DNA of 64,000 nucleotides. Origin: Polyangiales bacterium (GTDB lineage Bacteria; Myxococcota_A; Polyangia; Polyangiales; Ga0077539). Location of the stretch: positions 352,001 to 416,000 of the forward strand of contig JBGARZ010000002.1 of the NCBI GenBank assembly GCA_044229975.1, read 5' to 3'. Positions 1 to 10,447 of the stretch are shown here, piece by piece (position 1 is the stretch's first letter; every line of letters begins with the position of its first letter). The notes under the pieces were generated by a model. The model saw nothing but the letters and a program-made list of their open reading frames with translations, searched no databases and was not told where the DNA came from. The translations under genes and the position numbers were made by a program.

Positions 1-184
1 CGTCGGTCATCGGGGTGAGCGAGAGACCGAGCTGGTTGGAGCCCTCGATGATGGACGGGTTGAGCTTCGTCTGGACGCGGCGCTCGGCGCCGGCCCACTC
101 GTTGAAGACATCGATGCCGTTGAGGGTGACCTGGGCGACCAGGCCTTCACACTCGATGTCGAGGAGGTAGATCCAGTGGGGCAT
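1..184 (-). CDS. hypothetical protein, 5' part only (runs off the left edge)
   Basis: ATG at 184, open frame MPHWIYLLDIECEGLVAQVTLNGIDVFNEW... to the edge with GC3-rich codons; not in the ORF track because it is truncated. Confidence 0.6.
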   Translation of the reverse strand, partial: MPHWIYLLDIECEGLVAQVTLNGIDVFNEWAGAERRVQTKLNPSIIEGSNQLGLSLTPMTD

Positions 185-244
185 TGGGCGGGACGCGGAT
201 GCTACGGGCCTTCACCGCCGCGGCTCAAGGGAGCCCAGAATTAG

Positions 245-279
245 ATCAACCCACTCGTCATTGCTGACGGTGGGTTGAT
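245..279 (-). terminator. stem-loop just 3' of tRNA-Leu, probable terminator or processing hairpin
   Basis: ATCAACCCAC-T-CGTCA / TTGC loop / TGACG-GTGGGTTGAT: 15-bp stem with one bulge, 3 nt after the tRNA CCA; U-tract is weak. Confidence 0.6.
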
Positions 280-282
280 GCC

Positions 283-367
283 TGGTGCGAGCGAAAGGAC
301 TTGAACCTTCACGGTGTTACCCGCTGGAACCTGAATCCAGTGCGTCTGCCAATTCCGCCACGCTCGC
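283..367 (-). tRNA. tRNA-Leu (anticodon CAG)
   Basis: Reverse complement gives acceptor GCGAGCG/CGCTCGC, D-arm TGGCGGAATTGGCAGACGC, anticodon arm CTGGA-TTCAGGT-TCCAG, long variable arm, T-loop GTTCAAGTC and encoded ACCA 3' end. Confidence 0.97.
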
Positions 368-599
368 GACGTAGGGAGGCGGTGAGTACAGCGCTCCCCC
401 ACCGTCGTCAACAACCAAACTCCATCGGCCTCTCGGCGCGTCGCCGACTACGCAGCCGCGACGTCTGCATCGCGTTCATCGCTTCGCACCAACGGTGCGG
501 CCACACACCGTGAAATCCTTGCGATGCCGCACATCCCCATCTCGCGGACGGGTGGCACGCGCACTGCTGAAGCGTCCGCCGAACGGAGCATCGACCCAT

Positions 600-803
600 A
601 TGGCGTTTAGCGACGAGTGGATGGCGGGTGGGGTGACGGAGGGGTCGGAGCAGGCGCTTCAGGTGCTGGCCCGGAGCATCGTTCGGGAGATGAAGCGCTC
701 GGGGTATTCGAAGGCCCAGATGGTCGGCCTCGCGAGTGAGGTGATCGGTCTCGTGAGCCGCGATCTGCGCGCCGAGTCGAGCGTCGGCGACGCCCAGGAC
801 TGA
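600..803 (+). CDS. small hypothetical helical protein (67 aa)
   Basis: ATG at 600; MAFSDEW...LARSIVREMKRSGYSKAQMVGLASEVIGLV reads as amphipathic helices; lies directly upstream of gap. Confidence 0.6.
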   Translation: MAFSDEWMAGGVTEGSEQALQVLARSIVREMKRSGYSKAQMVGLASEVIGLVSRDLRAESSVGDAQD

Positions 804-892
804 GCGCTTTCGCGTCCTTGCCATCGGTGGGGCTTCTGACTACGGTGCCGCCGCCGCGCGGACCGACGGAGGCTCCGCCGAGGAGGACATCG

Positions 893-1918
893 ATGGCTCG
901 CAAGATCGCAATCAACGGGTTCGGCCGCATCGGCCGTTGTGTGCTCCGGGCGCTGAAGCAGTCGGGCAACCACGACCTCGACGTGGTCGCCATCAACGAC
1001 CTCACCGACTCCAAGACCCTCGCCCACCTGCTGCGTCACGACTCGGTGCACGGCGGCTTCAAGGGCGACGTGAAGGTCACCGAGAAGGGCCTCTCGGTCG
1101 CCGGCGACGACATCGCCGTGTTCGCCGAGAAGGACCCGGCGAAGCTCCCGTGGAAGGCGCTCGGCGTCGACGTGGTGCTGGAGTGCACCGGTCGCTTCAC
1201 CGACGGTGCGGGCTGCGGCAAGCACATCGAGGCGGGCGCGAAGCGGGTGCTGCTCTCGGCGCCCACCAAGGGCGAGACCGACACCGACATCTTCACCCTC
1301 GTCTACGGGGTCAACCACACCGCGTACGACCCGGCGAAGTTCAAGATCATCTCCAACGCGTCGTGCACCACCAACTGCCTCGCCCCGATGGCCAAGGTCC
1401 TCCACGAGACCTTCGGCATCGTGAAGGGCCAGATGACCACGGTGCACAGCTACACCAACGACCAGGTCATCCTCGACGCCCCCCACAAGGACCTCCGTCG
1501 CGCCCGCGCCGCCGCGAGCAACATCATCCCGACCTCGACGGGCGCCGCCCGCGCGGTGGGCCTCGTGCTGCCGGAGCTCAAGGGCCGCATCGACGGCTTC
1601 GCCATCCGCGTCCCGACGGTGGACGTGTCGATGGTGGTGCTCTCCGCCGTGGTCGGCCGCAAGACCACCAAGGATGAGGTCAACAACGCGCTCCGCGCCG
1701 CCGCCGAGGGTCCCCTCAAGGGCGTGCTCGCGGTGAGCGACGAGCCGCTCGTGTCGGGCGACTACATCGGCAACCCGGCGAGCTCCACCATCGACCTCGC
1801 GCTCACGCAGGTCATCGACGGCGACTTCGTCTCGGTGAGCTCCTGGTACGACAACGAGTGGGGCTTCTCGGTGCGCATGCTCGACGTGATGAAGTACCTC
1901 GCGTCGGCGGAAGGCTGA
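893..1918 (+). CDS. gap: type I glyceraldehyde-3-phosphate dehydrogenase
   Basis: RBS AGGAGG before ATG 893; INGFGRIGR, catalytic NASCTTNC, WYDNEWG. Confidence 0.98.
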   Translation: MARKIAINGFGRIGRCVLRALKQSGNHDLDVVAINDLTDSKTLAHLLRHDSVHGGFKGDVKVTEKGLSVAGDDIAVFAEKDPAKLPWKALGVDVVLECTGRFTDGAGCGKHIEAGAKRVLLSAPTKGETDTDIFTLVYGVNHTAYDPAKFKIISNASCTTNCLAPMAKVLHETFGIVKGQMTTVHSYTNDQVILDAPHKDLRRARAAASNIIPTSTGAARAVGLVLPELKGRIDGFAIRVPTVDVSMVVLSAVVGRKTTKDEVNNALRAAAEGPLKGVLAVSDEPLVSGDYIGNPASSTIDLALTQVIDGDFVSVSSWYDNEWGFSVRMLDVMKYLASAEG

Positions 1919-1926
1919 TCGCACCG

Positions 1927-3123
1927 ATGGCGCCGCTGCTCGATCGCATCGCCTCCGTCGACTCGCTCGACGTCGCCTCGCGCCGGGTGTTCGTGCGCGT
2001 GGACTTCAACGTCCCGCTCACCGAAGACGGACAGGTCGCCGACGACACGCGCATCCGCGAGGCGCTGCCGACCATCCGTCACCTCGTCGCGGCCGGAGCG
2101 CGCGTCGTGCTCGCCTCGCACCTCGGTCGCCCGAAGAAGGGGCGCGACCCGAAGCTCTCCCTCGCCGCCGCAGGCGAGAAGCTCGCCGAGCTCGTCGGGC
2201 AGGAGATCGTCCTCACCGACGACTGCATCGGCGACGGCGCGCGGCGCGTGGTGCACGACCTCCGCGACGGCCGCATCGCCCTCCTCGAAAACCTCCGCTT
2301 CCACCCCGAGGAGGAGGCCAACGACGAGGGCTTCGCACGCGAGCTCGCGCGGCTCTGCGACTTCTACGTCGAAGACGCGTTCGGCGCCGTGCACCGCGCC
2401 CACGCCAGCACCGACGCGCTCCCGCGGCTCGTGGGCAAGTGCGCTGCGGGCTTCCTCCTGATGAAGGAGCTCAAGGCCCTCGGCGCGCTCGCGGCGGGGC
2501 CCGAGCGGCCGTACCTCGCGGTGCTCGGCGGCGCGAAGGTGAGCGACAAGATCGCCGTCATCGAGGCGCTCTTCCAGAAGGTCGACGCGCTGCTCATCGG
2601 TGGCGCGATGGCCAACACCTTCCTCGCGGCGCAGGGCAAGGCGATGGGGCGAAGCCTCGTCGAGCACGACAAGCTCCCACTCGCGCGCGAGCTCATGGCG
2701 AAGGCGGTGCAGAAGCGCGTTCAGTTGGTGCTGCCGACGGACGTGGTCGCGGCCACGCACCCCGGCGCGGCCGAGGGCAAGGTCGTGGCGACGGACGGCG
2801 TCGGCCCCGATGAGATGGCGCTCGACATCGGTCCTGCGACGGTGGCTGCCTTCCGCGAGCGGCTCTTGCGCGCCAAGAGCGTCTTCTGGAATGGCCCCAT
2901 GGGCTTCTTCGAGAAGGCGCCGTTCTCCCACGGGAGCGTTGGGGTGGCGAAGGCGATCGCCGAGGCGTCGGCGTTCTCGGTGGTGGGCGGCGGCGACTCG
3001 GTCGCGGCGGTGCATCAGGCCGGCCTCGCCGATCGCTTCACCCACGTCTCCACGGGCGGCGGCGCGAGCCTGGAGCTCATCGAGGGACGCACGCTTCCCG
3101 GCGTCGAGGCGCTCCGGTCGTGA
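1927..3123 (+). CDS. pgk: phosphoglycerate kinase
   Basis: RVDFNVP, LENLRF, GGAKVSDK, WNGPMG, GGGDS, STGGGASL. Confidence 0.98.
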   Translation: MAPLLDRIASVDSLDVASRRVFVRVDFNVPLTEDGQVADDTRIREALPTIRHLVAAGARVVLASHLGRPKKGRDPKLSLAAAGEKLAELVGQEIVLTDDCIGDGARRVVHDLRDGRIALLENLRFHPEEEANDEGFARELARLCDFYVEDAFGAVHRAHASTDALPRLVGKCAAGFLLMKELKALGALAAGPERPYLAVLGGAKVSDKIAVIEALFQKVDALLIGGAMANTFLAAQGKAMGRSLVEHDKLPLARELMAKAVQKRVQLVLPTDVVAATHPGAAEGKVVATDGVGPDEMALDIGPATVAAFRERLLRAKSVFWNGPMGFFEKAPFSHGSVGVAKAIAEASAFSVVGGGDSVAAVHQAGLADRFTHVSTGGGASLELIEGRTLPGVEALRS

Positions 3124-3896
3124 CGTCCCCAGAGCGTCGGCCGCTCGTCGCGGGCAACTGGAAGATGCACCGCACCGTGGCGGAGTCGGTCGCGCTCGCG
3201 CGTGGTCTGGCGGACGCGGCGCGCATCGGCCCGCGCACCGACGTGGTGGTGGCGCCGGTGTTCACGGCCCTGCACGCGGTGGCCAAGGCCCTGGAGGGCA
3301 CTGCGATCGGGCTCGCCGGGCAGTGCTGCCACTGGGAAGACCAGGGCGCCTTCACGGGGGAGATCGCTCCGCCGATGTTGAAGGACGTCGGTTGTCAGTG
3401 GTGCCTCGTCGGGCACTCGGAGCGGCGGCAGCTCTTCGGCGAGACCGACGCGATGGTGCACAAGAAGACCCAGGCGCTGCGGCGTCACGGGCTACGGCCG
3501 ATCGTGTGCGTGGGCGAGACCCTGGCCGAGCGCGAGTCGGGGGTGACCTTCGACGTGCTCCGTCGCCAGTGGCAGGGCGCGCTCGGGACGCTGGAAGGCG
3601 ACGAGGCGCGGGCCTTCGTGGGTGACATCGTGCTGGCCTACGAGCCGGTGTGGGCCATCGGGACGGGTCGCACGGCGAAGGCTTCGGACGCCCAGTCGGC
3701 GCACGCGTACCTGCGCGATCGCATCCGCAACGACCTGGGTGAGGTCGCAGATCGCGTCCGAATCCTGTATGGGGGCAGCGTGAAGGCCGACAACGCCGCC
3801 GAGCTCCTGGCCCAGCCTGACGTGGACGGCCTCCTCGTGGGCGGCGCGTCCCTCGACGCAGCGGGCTTCGCACGAATCATCCAGGCCGCGGGATAA
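3120..3896 (+). CDS. tpiA: triosephosphate isomerase
   Basis: AGNWKM, GHSERR, AYEPVWAIGTG, LVGGASL; GTGA overlap with pgk. Confidence 0.98.
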   Translation: MTSPERRPLVAGNWKMHRTVAESVALARGLADAARIGPRTDVVVAPVFTALHAVAKALEGTAIGLAGQCCHWEDQGAFTGEIAPPMLKDVGCQWCLVGHSERRQLFGETDAMVHKKTQALRRHGLRPIVCVGETLAERESGVTFDVLRRQWQGALGTLEGDEARAFVGDIVLAYEPVWAIGTGRTAKASDAQSAHAYLRDRIRNDLGEVADRVRILYGGSVKADNAAELLAQPDVDGLLVGGASLDAAGFARIIQAAG

Positions 3897-3925
3897 CCTC
3901 CGGCACCATCGAGAGTTCTTCGTCC

Positions 3926-4396
3926 ATGCAAACGCTCCTCACCATCGTCCATGTGTTCGTGTGCCTCTTCCTCGTCGCGGTCGTGCTCCTCCAGTCGGGG
4001 CGCTCCGGGGGCATGGGCGTGCTGTCCGGCGCGGCGACGCAGACCGTCTTCGGCGGCCGCGGCGCGAGCGGCTTCCTCGCGAAGGCCACCAGCGCCTGCG
4101 CGATGCTGTTCATGCTGACGTCGGCGTCGCTCGCGTACCTGAGCACCTCGGGCCGCGACCCGCTCGCCCGCCGCCCGCGCAACAACGGCGCGATCACCGC
4201 CCCGGTTACGCCGCGGCCCGCGACGCCCGCCGCTCCGACCGCGGTGCCGATCCCCGCTCCGACCAACGCTCCGGCGGCGCCTGCTCCGGCGGCTGCGCCC
4301 GCGGCACCGGCCGCGCCTGCCCCGGCGGCGGCCCCTGCGGCTGCGCCTGTCGCTCCGGCGGCTCCCGCCGCGCCTGCTCCCGCTCCCGCGCACTGA
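3926..4396 (+). CDS. secG: preprotein translocase subunit SecG with Pro/Ala-rich tail
   Basis: Two TM helices, VLLQSGRSGGMG motif, canonical position after tpiA. Confidence 0.93.
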   Translation: MQTLLTIVHVFVCLFLVAVVLLQSGRSGGMGVLSGAATQTVFGGRGASGFLAKATSACAMLFMLTSASLAYLSTSGRDPLARRPRNNGAITAPVTPRPATPAAPTAVPIPAPTNAPAAPAPAAAPAAPAAPAPAAAPAAAPVAPAAPAAPAPAPAH

Positions 4397-4571
4397 TCCC
4401 CTCCACATCGCGACGAGTTCGTTGGCGCGGAACGATGGTTCCGCGACGAGCCGTCGTGCCTTGACGACCGGGACGTGAGCGGGCGTGCCCCTCCGCTTCG
4501 CCACGGGTGAGGGCGTATTGGGTGAGCCTGGCGGGGGCTTGGGAAGGGAGGAGGACGGGGAAGGGGACGGG

Positions 4572-5240
4572 CTAGCGGCCGAAGACCTGGACGCCGAACT
4601 CGCCAGCGCCGCTGAACATCAGCACTTCGAGGCGGTACTGACCCGCGGCCGTGGGGCAGAGCTGACGCTGCAACCCGATGACGGGGAAGTTGTCCGTCGC
4701 GATGTCCTGATCGACCATCTCGTTGGTCGGATCGTAGAGCTTGAGGTCGAGGTCGGAGACCCCGGGGCCGCCCACGCCGATGATCTTGTAACACTGGCCC
4801 GGGACCATGTTGACCGCGTAGTTCTGCGATCCGCCGGTGGCGAGCGTGCCGCGCGTGAGGGGCAGCACGGCGGCCATGCCCGTCGCGAACTGGGCCTGCC
4901 GCTGCGACATCTGGCCGGCGATGAAGTCGCCGCCCGCCGCCATCGGTTGCATGCCGGGCTGCGCCGTCGGATCAGCAGGCTGCATGCCCGGCTGCACAGG
5001 GGGCGGAACTCCCGGCTGCATACCGGGCTGCGGCATCGCAGGCTGCGGCATGGTCGGCTGCGCCGCGGGCTGCATGCCAGGCTGCGCGACGGGCGCCGGG
5101 GCCGCGACGGGTGCCGTGGTCGGCGCGGTAGTCGGCGCTGGGGTGGGAGTGTTGTCGTTGTTGTTGCGGCGGCTACGACAGTTGTACGAGACCAGCACGC
5201 TCGCGATCGTCACACCGCGCAGGATCCACTTCGACGTCAT
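4572..5240 (-). CDS. putative lipoprotein with QPGM low-complexity linker and C-terminal PPC-like beta domain
   Basis: RBS GGAGG, signal ending VSYNC, repeated QPGM, C-terminal GQCY..GVSDLDLKLYD..GQYRLEV. Confidence 0.75.
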   Translation of the reverse strand: MTSKWILRGVTIASVLVSYNCRSRRNNNDNTPTPAPTTAPTTAPVAAPAPVAQPGMQPAAQPTMPQPAMPQPGMQPGVPPPVQPGMQPADPTAQPGMQPMAAGGDFIAGQMSQRQAQFATGMAAVLPLTRGTLATGGSQNYAVNMVPGQCYKIIGVGGPGVSDLDLKLYDPTNEMVDQDIATDNFPVIGLQRQLCPTAAGQYRLEVLMFSGAGEFGVQVFGR

Positions 5241-5341
5241 CGGACTTCCTCCTCGGGCCTTCGGACACCAGGTCGAACGAGGCGGAACATCCCTACCCGT
5301 CACCCATGTCGGATGCCGCGGACGCTACGCCGATTGGGCCT

Positions 5342-7564
5342 TCATCGTCCAGCGCGCAGCGGCGCAGCAGGTGCTTCGTGCACCAGCACCACCACCGCGA
5401 GCGGAGGCAAGCTCAGCCGCACCGACTGCGGGTGACCGTGGCTCGCGACGGCTTCGCTCTGCACCGCGCCGGCGTTGCCGACGTCGCTGCCGCCGTAGGT
5501 CGACGCGTCGGTGTTGACGGCCTCGCGCCACCGCCCCGCGCGGGGCACGCCGAGGCGATGCGACTCGCGCACCACCGGCGTCGCGTTGAACACGCACAAC
5601 ACTTCGGGCTCGCCCACGTTTCCGCGGCGCACGAAGGAGAATACGCTGCGCTCGGCGTCGTCGGGGTCGACCCAGCGGAAGCCCTCGGGCACGTCGTCGT
5701 AGCGCCACAGCGCGGGCGTCGATCGCAGCAGTCGGTTGAGGTCGCCGAGCAGCGTCGAGACCCCTCGGTGCATCGGGTCGTCGAGGAGCGACCAGTCGAG
5801 CGAGTGCGTCTCCTGCCACTCGGTGGGCGCGCCGTACTCGGCCCCCATGAACAGCAGCTTGCGACCCGGGTGGCACCACATCCAGGCGTAGAGCGCGCGC
5901 AGGTTGGCGAAGCGCTGCCAGCGGTCGCCGGGCATCTTCTCCAGCAGCGATCGCTTCCCGTGCACGACCTCGTCGTGGGAGAGCGCCAGGATGAAGCGCT
6001 CGCTCCACGCGTAGGTGAGCCCGAAGGTGAGCGCGTGGTGGTGGTGCCGACGATGGATCGGGTCGCGCGCGAAGTACCCGAGGGTGTCGTGCATCCAGCC
6101 CATGTTCCATTTGAGGGTGAACCCCAGGCCGCCGTCGGGGACGGGGCGGGTCACGCCCGGCCACGCGGTGCTCTCCTCGGCGATCACCGACGCGCCGGGA
6201 AACTCCTTGTGGATGAGCGCGTTGAGCTCCTGGAGCAGCGCGACGGCGTCGAGGTTTTCGCGGCCGCCGTGGGCGTTGGGCACCCACTGATCGGTGGCGC
6301 GCGAGTAGTCGAGGTAGAGCATCGAGGCGACGGCGTCGACGCGCAGACCATCGACGTGGAAGTCGGCGACCCAGGCCCGCGCGCTCGCGAGGAGGAAGTT
6401 GCGCACCTCGCGGCGGCCGAAGTTGAAGACGTAGGTTCCCCAGTCGGGGTGCTCGCCCTGGCGCGGGTCGATATGCTCGTAGAGGGCCGTCCCGTCGAAG
6501 CGCGCGAGCGCGAAGGCGTCCTTGGGGAAGTGCGCCGGAACCCAGTCGACGATCACCCCGATGCCGCGGCGGTGCAGGTGGTCGACGAAGGCGCGGAAGT
6601 CGTCGGGGTCGCCGTGGCGCGCCGTCGGGGCGAAGTACCCGGTCACCTGGTAGCCCCACGACGCGTCGAAGGGATGCTCGCCCACGGGGAGCAGCTCGAC
6701 GTGGGTGAAGCCCAGCGCGGCGACGTGGTCGGCGAGCAGCGGGGCGAGCTCACGCCAGGTGAGCCAGCGGTCGCCGTCGTGCCCGACGCGGCGCCACGAC
6801 CCGGCGTGCACCTCGTAGATGGACATCGGTGTCGACTGCGGTACGCGCGCGGCGATCCAGGCGCGGTCGGCCCACTGGTAGTTCGACGCGAAGACGATGG
6901 ACGACTGACCGGGTCGAATCTCGGCGTAGCGCGCGAAGGGATCGCACTTGCGCAACGCTTCTCCCGCGCTGGTCACGAGGTCGAACTGGTACTTCGCGCC
7001 GGCCGAGACGTCGGGGATGAAGATCTCCCAGACGCCGTTGGTGCCGACGCGGCGCAGCGGGTGCGTCGCGGGGTCCCAGAGGTTCCAGTCGCCGACGACG
7101 CTGACTGCGCGGGCGTTGGGAGCCCACACCGCGAAGGCCACGCCGGGGACGCCGTCGATGACGCGGGGGTGGGCGCCGAGGCGCTCGTGGAGCTGCCAGT
7201 GGCGGCCTTCGGCGAAGAGGTGCTCGTCGAGGGAGCCGAAGGTGGGGAGGAAGTTCCAGGGCTCGCGGGTGGTCCAGACGGTGTCGCCGCGGCGGGCCTC
7301 GATGCGGTAGCGGCTGTCGGCGGCGCGCGTCGGCGTCCACGCGGCCCACAAGCCCGACGGGTGGATGCGCTCCATGGTGAGCACCACACCGCTCGCGAGG
7401 TGCACCGACGCAGAGCTCGCGTCGGGGCGCCACGCGCGGATGACGGTGCCATGGGCCTGTGGGTGCGCGCCGAGGATGCGGTGAGCCTCGGCGTGGTCGC
7501 GGCGCGCGAGGTGCTCGACCTCGGCGTCGGTGATGCCTTCCCAGAGTCGCGCCCGGTCGTTCAC
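5342..7564 (-). CDS. glgB: 1,4-alpha-glucan branching enzyme
   Basis: [50 protein letters not shown] start overlaps the upstream TGA. Confidence 0.97.
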   Translation of the reverse strand: MNDRARLWEGITDAEVEHLARRDHAEAHRILGAHPQAHGTVIRAWRPDASSASVHLASGVVLTMERIHPSGLWAAWTPTRAADSRYRIEARRGDTVWTTREPWNFLPTFGSLDEHLFAEGRHWQLHERLGAHPRVIDGVPGVAFAVWAPNARAVSVVGDWNLWDPATHPLRRVGTNGVWEIFIPDVSAGAKYQFDLVTSAGEALRKCDPFARYAEIRPGQSSIVFASNYQWADRAWIAARVPQSTPMSIYEVHAGSWRRVGHDGDRWLTWRELAPLLADHVAALGFTHVELLPVGEHPFDASWGYQVTGYFAPTARHGDPDDFRAFVDHLHRRGIGVIVDWVPAHFPKDAFALARFDGTALYEHIDPRQGEHPDWGTYVFNFGRREVRNFLLASARAWVADFHVDGLRVDAVASMLYLDYSRATDQWVPNAHGGRENLDAVALLQELNALIHKEFPGASVIAEESTAWPGVTRPVPDGGLGFTLKWNMGWMHDTLGYFARDPIHRRHHHHALTFGLTYAWSERFILALSHDEVVHGKRSLLEKMPGDRWQRFANLRALYAWMWCHPGRKLLFMGAEYGAPTEWQETHSLDWSLLDDPMHRGVSTLLGDLNRLLRSTPALWRYDDVPEGFRWVDPDDAERSVFSFVRRGNVGEPEVLCVFNATPVVRESHRLGVPRAGRWREAVNTDASTYGGSDVGNAGAVQSEAVASHGHPQSVRLSLPPLAVVVLVHEAPAAPLRAGR

Positions 7565-8346
7565 AGACACTGACCCTTCACCCTCACGGCGGCGTCTCGC
7601 AAGGGACTTCGTCGCGCGATCGCTCCCTCTACGCAGTGCACGCCCGCGCCGTCGGGCGCCCGCGTCAACACCCTCCCCTCGCCCGACACGATCATCGACC
7701 CGCCCTGCCCCGGCACCCGCGGCTCGCCGCGACCCCAGTTGGCGTTGACCACTGCGCAGCCGTGTCGGGTCGCGAGCGCCGGGAGGATCACCGCGCGTTC
7801 GTCCTCCCTCGGGTCGTCGACCCACGCGCTCGGGAAGAGCAGCGCGTCGACCGAGTCGAGCACCTCGCCCGCCTCGGCGGAGACGAAGTGGATGTCGAAG
7901 CACACCGCCACCGCGAGGCGCCGACCGTGGAGGCTCGCCGTCGGCGTGCCGAGGTCACCGGGCGTCGCCCAGGTCTCGGGAAACCACGGGTGACGCTTGC
8001 GGTAGTGCACCGCGACCGATCCGCGCTCGTCGAGGAGGGCGACGCTGTTGAAGCGGCGCGCGCCGTCGCGCTCGACCCAGGACGCGAGGATGGACACCTC
8101 ATGGGACACCCCGAGCGCGGCGACGCGCGCGAGGAGCGGACCATCGATGGGCTCGGCGAAGCGGGTGAGGTCGAAGTCGCCGCGCGCGGAGACGTAGCCG
8201 GTGAGCGCGAGCTCGGGCAGCACCACCAGCGTCGGGCCGCCCGGAGCGATCGCCGCGAGCGCGCGGTCGAGCGCGGCGACCTGCGTCTCGGCGCGGCCGT
8301 GACGTGCCGGGAGCTCTACCGCGACGACGCGCAGATCGCTGTCCAT
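7561..8346 (-). CDS. carbon-nitrogen hydrolase (nitrilase superfamily)
   Basis: Catalytic triad motifs [18 protein letters not shown]; start could be 8382. Confidence 0.9.
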   Translation of the reverse strand: MDSDLRVVAVELPARHGRAETQVAALDRALAAIAPGGPTLVVLPELALTGYVSARGDFDLTRFAEPIDGPLLARVAALGVSHEVSILASWVERDGARRFNSVALLDERGSVAVHYRKRHPWFPETWATPGDLGTPTASLHGRRLAVAVCFDIHFVSAEAGEVLDSVDALLFPSAWVDDPREDERAVILPALATRHGCAVVNANWGRGEPRVPGQGGSMIVSGEGRVLTRAPDGAGVHCVEGAIARRSPLRDAAVRVKGQCL

Positions 8347-8461
8347 CGCTGCCTCTTCGCTGCGTGGCGTCGTGTCGTCCATCGGCTGCTTCTCGGGTTG
8401 CACATCGTAGTCCGCGGGGGAATCCTCCGGCCGCTCCTCGCCGGAGACGAGTACCACCGAC

Positions 8462-9691
8462 GTGCCAGAAGACCCCTTCGCCCAGTTACACGCCCCCCGT
8501 CGCCGCCGCTGGATCTACGTCGTCGCCGCGCTCGCGGTGGTCGCCGTCATCGCGGTGGTTTACGCCCGTCGGCACCGCGCGCCCGTCGGCCCGCGCTACC
8601 TCACGGCCCGCGTCACCCGCGGCGAGATCGTCGCCTCGGTCGAGACCAGCGGATCGCTCCAGCCCGAAGAGCAGGTGCAGGTCGGCAGCCAGGTGAGCGG
8701 CCGCGTGGCCCACGTCTACGTCGACTTCAACGCCCGCGTGACCCGCGGTCAGCTCCTCGCCGAAATCGACCCGACGTCGTTTCGCGCCGCCGTCGCGCAG
8801 GCCCGCGCCGCCGTGCTCGCCGCCGAGGCGCAGCTCCAGCGGGCCCAGGTCAACGTGCGCGTCACCGGCATCAACCTCCAGCGCGCGACCGACCTGCGCG
8901 AGCGCCAGCTCAACGCCACCGCCGACGTCGACAGCGCCCGCGGCAGCCGCGACCTCGCCAACGCCGACGTCGCCGCCGCGCGCGCCGAGATCGCCCGCGC
9001 CCGCGCCTCGCTCCACAGCGCCGAGACCAACGTGGCCTTCACCCGCATCACGACGCCCATCGCGGGGGTGGTGATCCAGCGCTCCATCGATGAGGGGCAG
9101 ACCGTCGCGGCGAGCTTCCAGGCGCCGACGCTGTTCCAGATCGCGGGCGACCTCACCCGCATGCGCATCATCGCCAACGTCGACGAGGCCGACGTCGCGC
9201 AGATGCGCGAGCACCTCGCGGCGACGGCGCGGGTCGATGCCTTCCCGGGCGAGACCTTCCGCGGCGAGCTCGTCGAGCTGCGCTACGGGTCGCAGACCAC
9301 CAGCGGCGTCGTCACCTACCCCGCGGTCATCTCCGTCGCCAACCCCGACATGAAGCTGCGCCCCGGCATGACCGCGACGGTCACCGTCATCGCCGCGCGC
9401 CACCCCGACGTGCTCTCGGTCCCCAACGCTGCGCTGCGCTTCCGACCGGCGAGCGCCGACGCGGGCACCGCCCCGGAGTCCGACCCCCACCGCGGAACGA
9501 TCTACGTCCTGCGCAACCGTCGGCCGGTCGCGGTGCCCGTGACGCTCGGTCTGCATGACGACCGTCGCACCGAGGTGTCGGGCGCTGGCATCGACGTCGG
9601 CGCCGAGGTGGTGACCGACGAGATCGAGGCGCGACCGTCCTCGTCGACGCCGGGCGCCGGTGTGCCGGGCGCGCGACGGAGATCGCAGTGA
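8462..9691 (+). CDS. MacA-like periplasmic adaptor subunit
   Basis: N-terminal TM, VGSQVSG, coiled coil, GQTVAASFQAPTLF, LRPGMTA. Confidence 0.93.
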   Translation: MPEDPFAQLHAPRRRRWIYVVAALAVVAVIAVVYARRHRAPVGPRYLTARVTRGEIVASVETSGSLQPEEQVQVGSQVSGRVAHVYVDFNARVTRGQLLAEIDPTSFRAAVAQARAAVLAAEAQLQRAQVNVRVTGINLQRATDLRERQLNATADVDSARGSRDLANADVAAARAEIARARASLHSAETNVAFTRITTPIAGVVIQRSIDEGQTVAASFQAPTLFQIAGDLTRMRIIANVDEADVAQMREHLAATARVDAFPGETFRGELVELRYGSQTTSGVVTYPAVISVANPDMKLRPGMTATVTVIAARHPDVLSVPNAALRFRPASADAGTAPESDPHRGTIYVLRNRRPVAVPVTLGLHDDRRTEVSGAGIDVGAEVVTDEIEARPSSSTPGAGVPGARRRSQ

Positions 9692-10440
9692 CCGACGCCG
9701 TCATCCAGATGGAGCGCGTCGAGAAGGTCTACCGCACCGGCGAGCTGGTCTTCCACGCGCTGCGAGGCATCTCCATCGAGGTGAAGTCAGGGGAGTTCGT
9801 CGCCGTGGGTGGTCCATCGGGCAGCGGCAAGAGCACGCTCATGAACCTCATCGGCTGCCTCGACCGGCCGAGCGCGGGCCGCTACATGCTCGCGGGCCAC
9901 GACGTCTCGGGCCTCGACGCCGACGCGCGGGCCTTCGCACGCAACCGGCTCATCGGGTTCGTCTTCCAGGGCTTCAACCTCCTGGCGCGCACCTCCGCGC
10001 TGGAGAACGTCGAGCTCCCCCTCGCCTACCGCGGACTCTCGTCGCGCGAGAGGCGACGCCGCGCCATCGAGTCGCTCGCGCTCGTCGGTCTCGCCGACAA
10101 GGTGGACAACACGCCCGCCCAGCTCTCGGGTGGTCAGCAGCAGCGCGTGGCCATCGCGCGGGCGCTCGTCACCGACCCGAAGGTGCTGCTCGCCGATGAG
10201 CCCACGGGCAACCTCGACTCGCGCACGACGGAGGACGTTCTCGCGCTCCTTCAGCGGCTGCACCGCGAGCAGGGGCTCACCATCGTGATGGTCACCCACG
10301 AGCCCGACGTCGCCGCGTGCGCCGAGCGCATCGTGGTGGTGCGCGATGGCCTCATCGGCAACGACGGGCCCAACCCGACGCCTCGCCGCGCGTCGGTCGA
10401 CGCGGGCGACGCCAACCCCCTGCTCGCCGGAAACGCGTAG
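9688..10440 (+). CDS. ABC transporter ATP-binding protein (MacB/LolD-like)
   Basis: [27 protein letters not shown]. Confidence 0.96.
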   Translation: MTDAVIQMERVEKVYRTGELVFHALRGISIEVKSGEFVAVGGPSGSGKSTLMNLIGCLDRPSAGRYMLAGHDVSGLDADARAFARNRLIGFVFQGFNLLARTSALENVELPLAYRGLSSRERRRRAIESLALVGLADKVDNTPAQLSGGQQQRVAIARALVTDPKVLLADEPTGNLDSRTTEDVLALLQRLHREQGLTIVMVTHEPDVAACAERIVVVRDGLIGNDGPNPTPRRASVDAGDANPLLAGNA

Positions 10441-10447
10441 GCCGCCG

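Noticed and set aside
245..367. tRNA-Leu as a possible island integration site
   Set aside because: No integrase and no duplicated tRNA 3' end within the window; anything beyond the left edge cannot be seen
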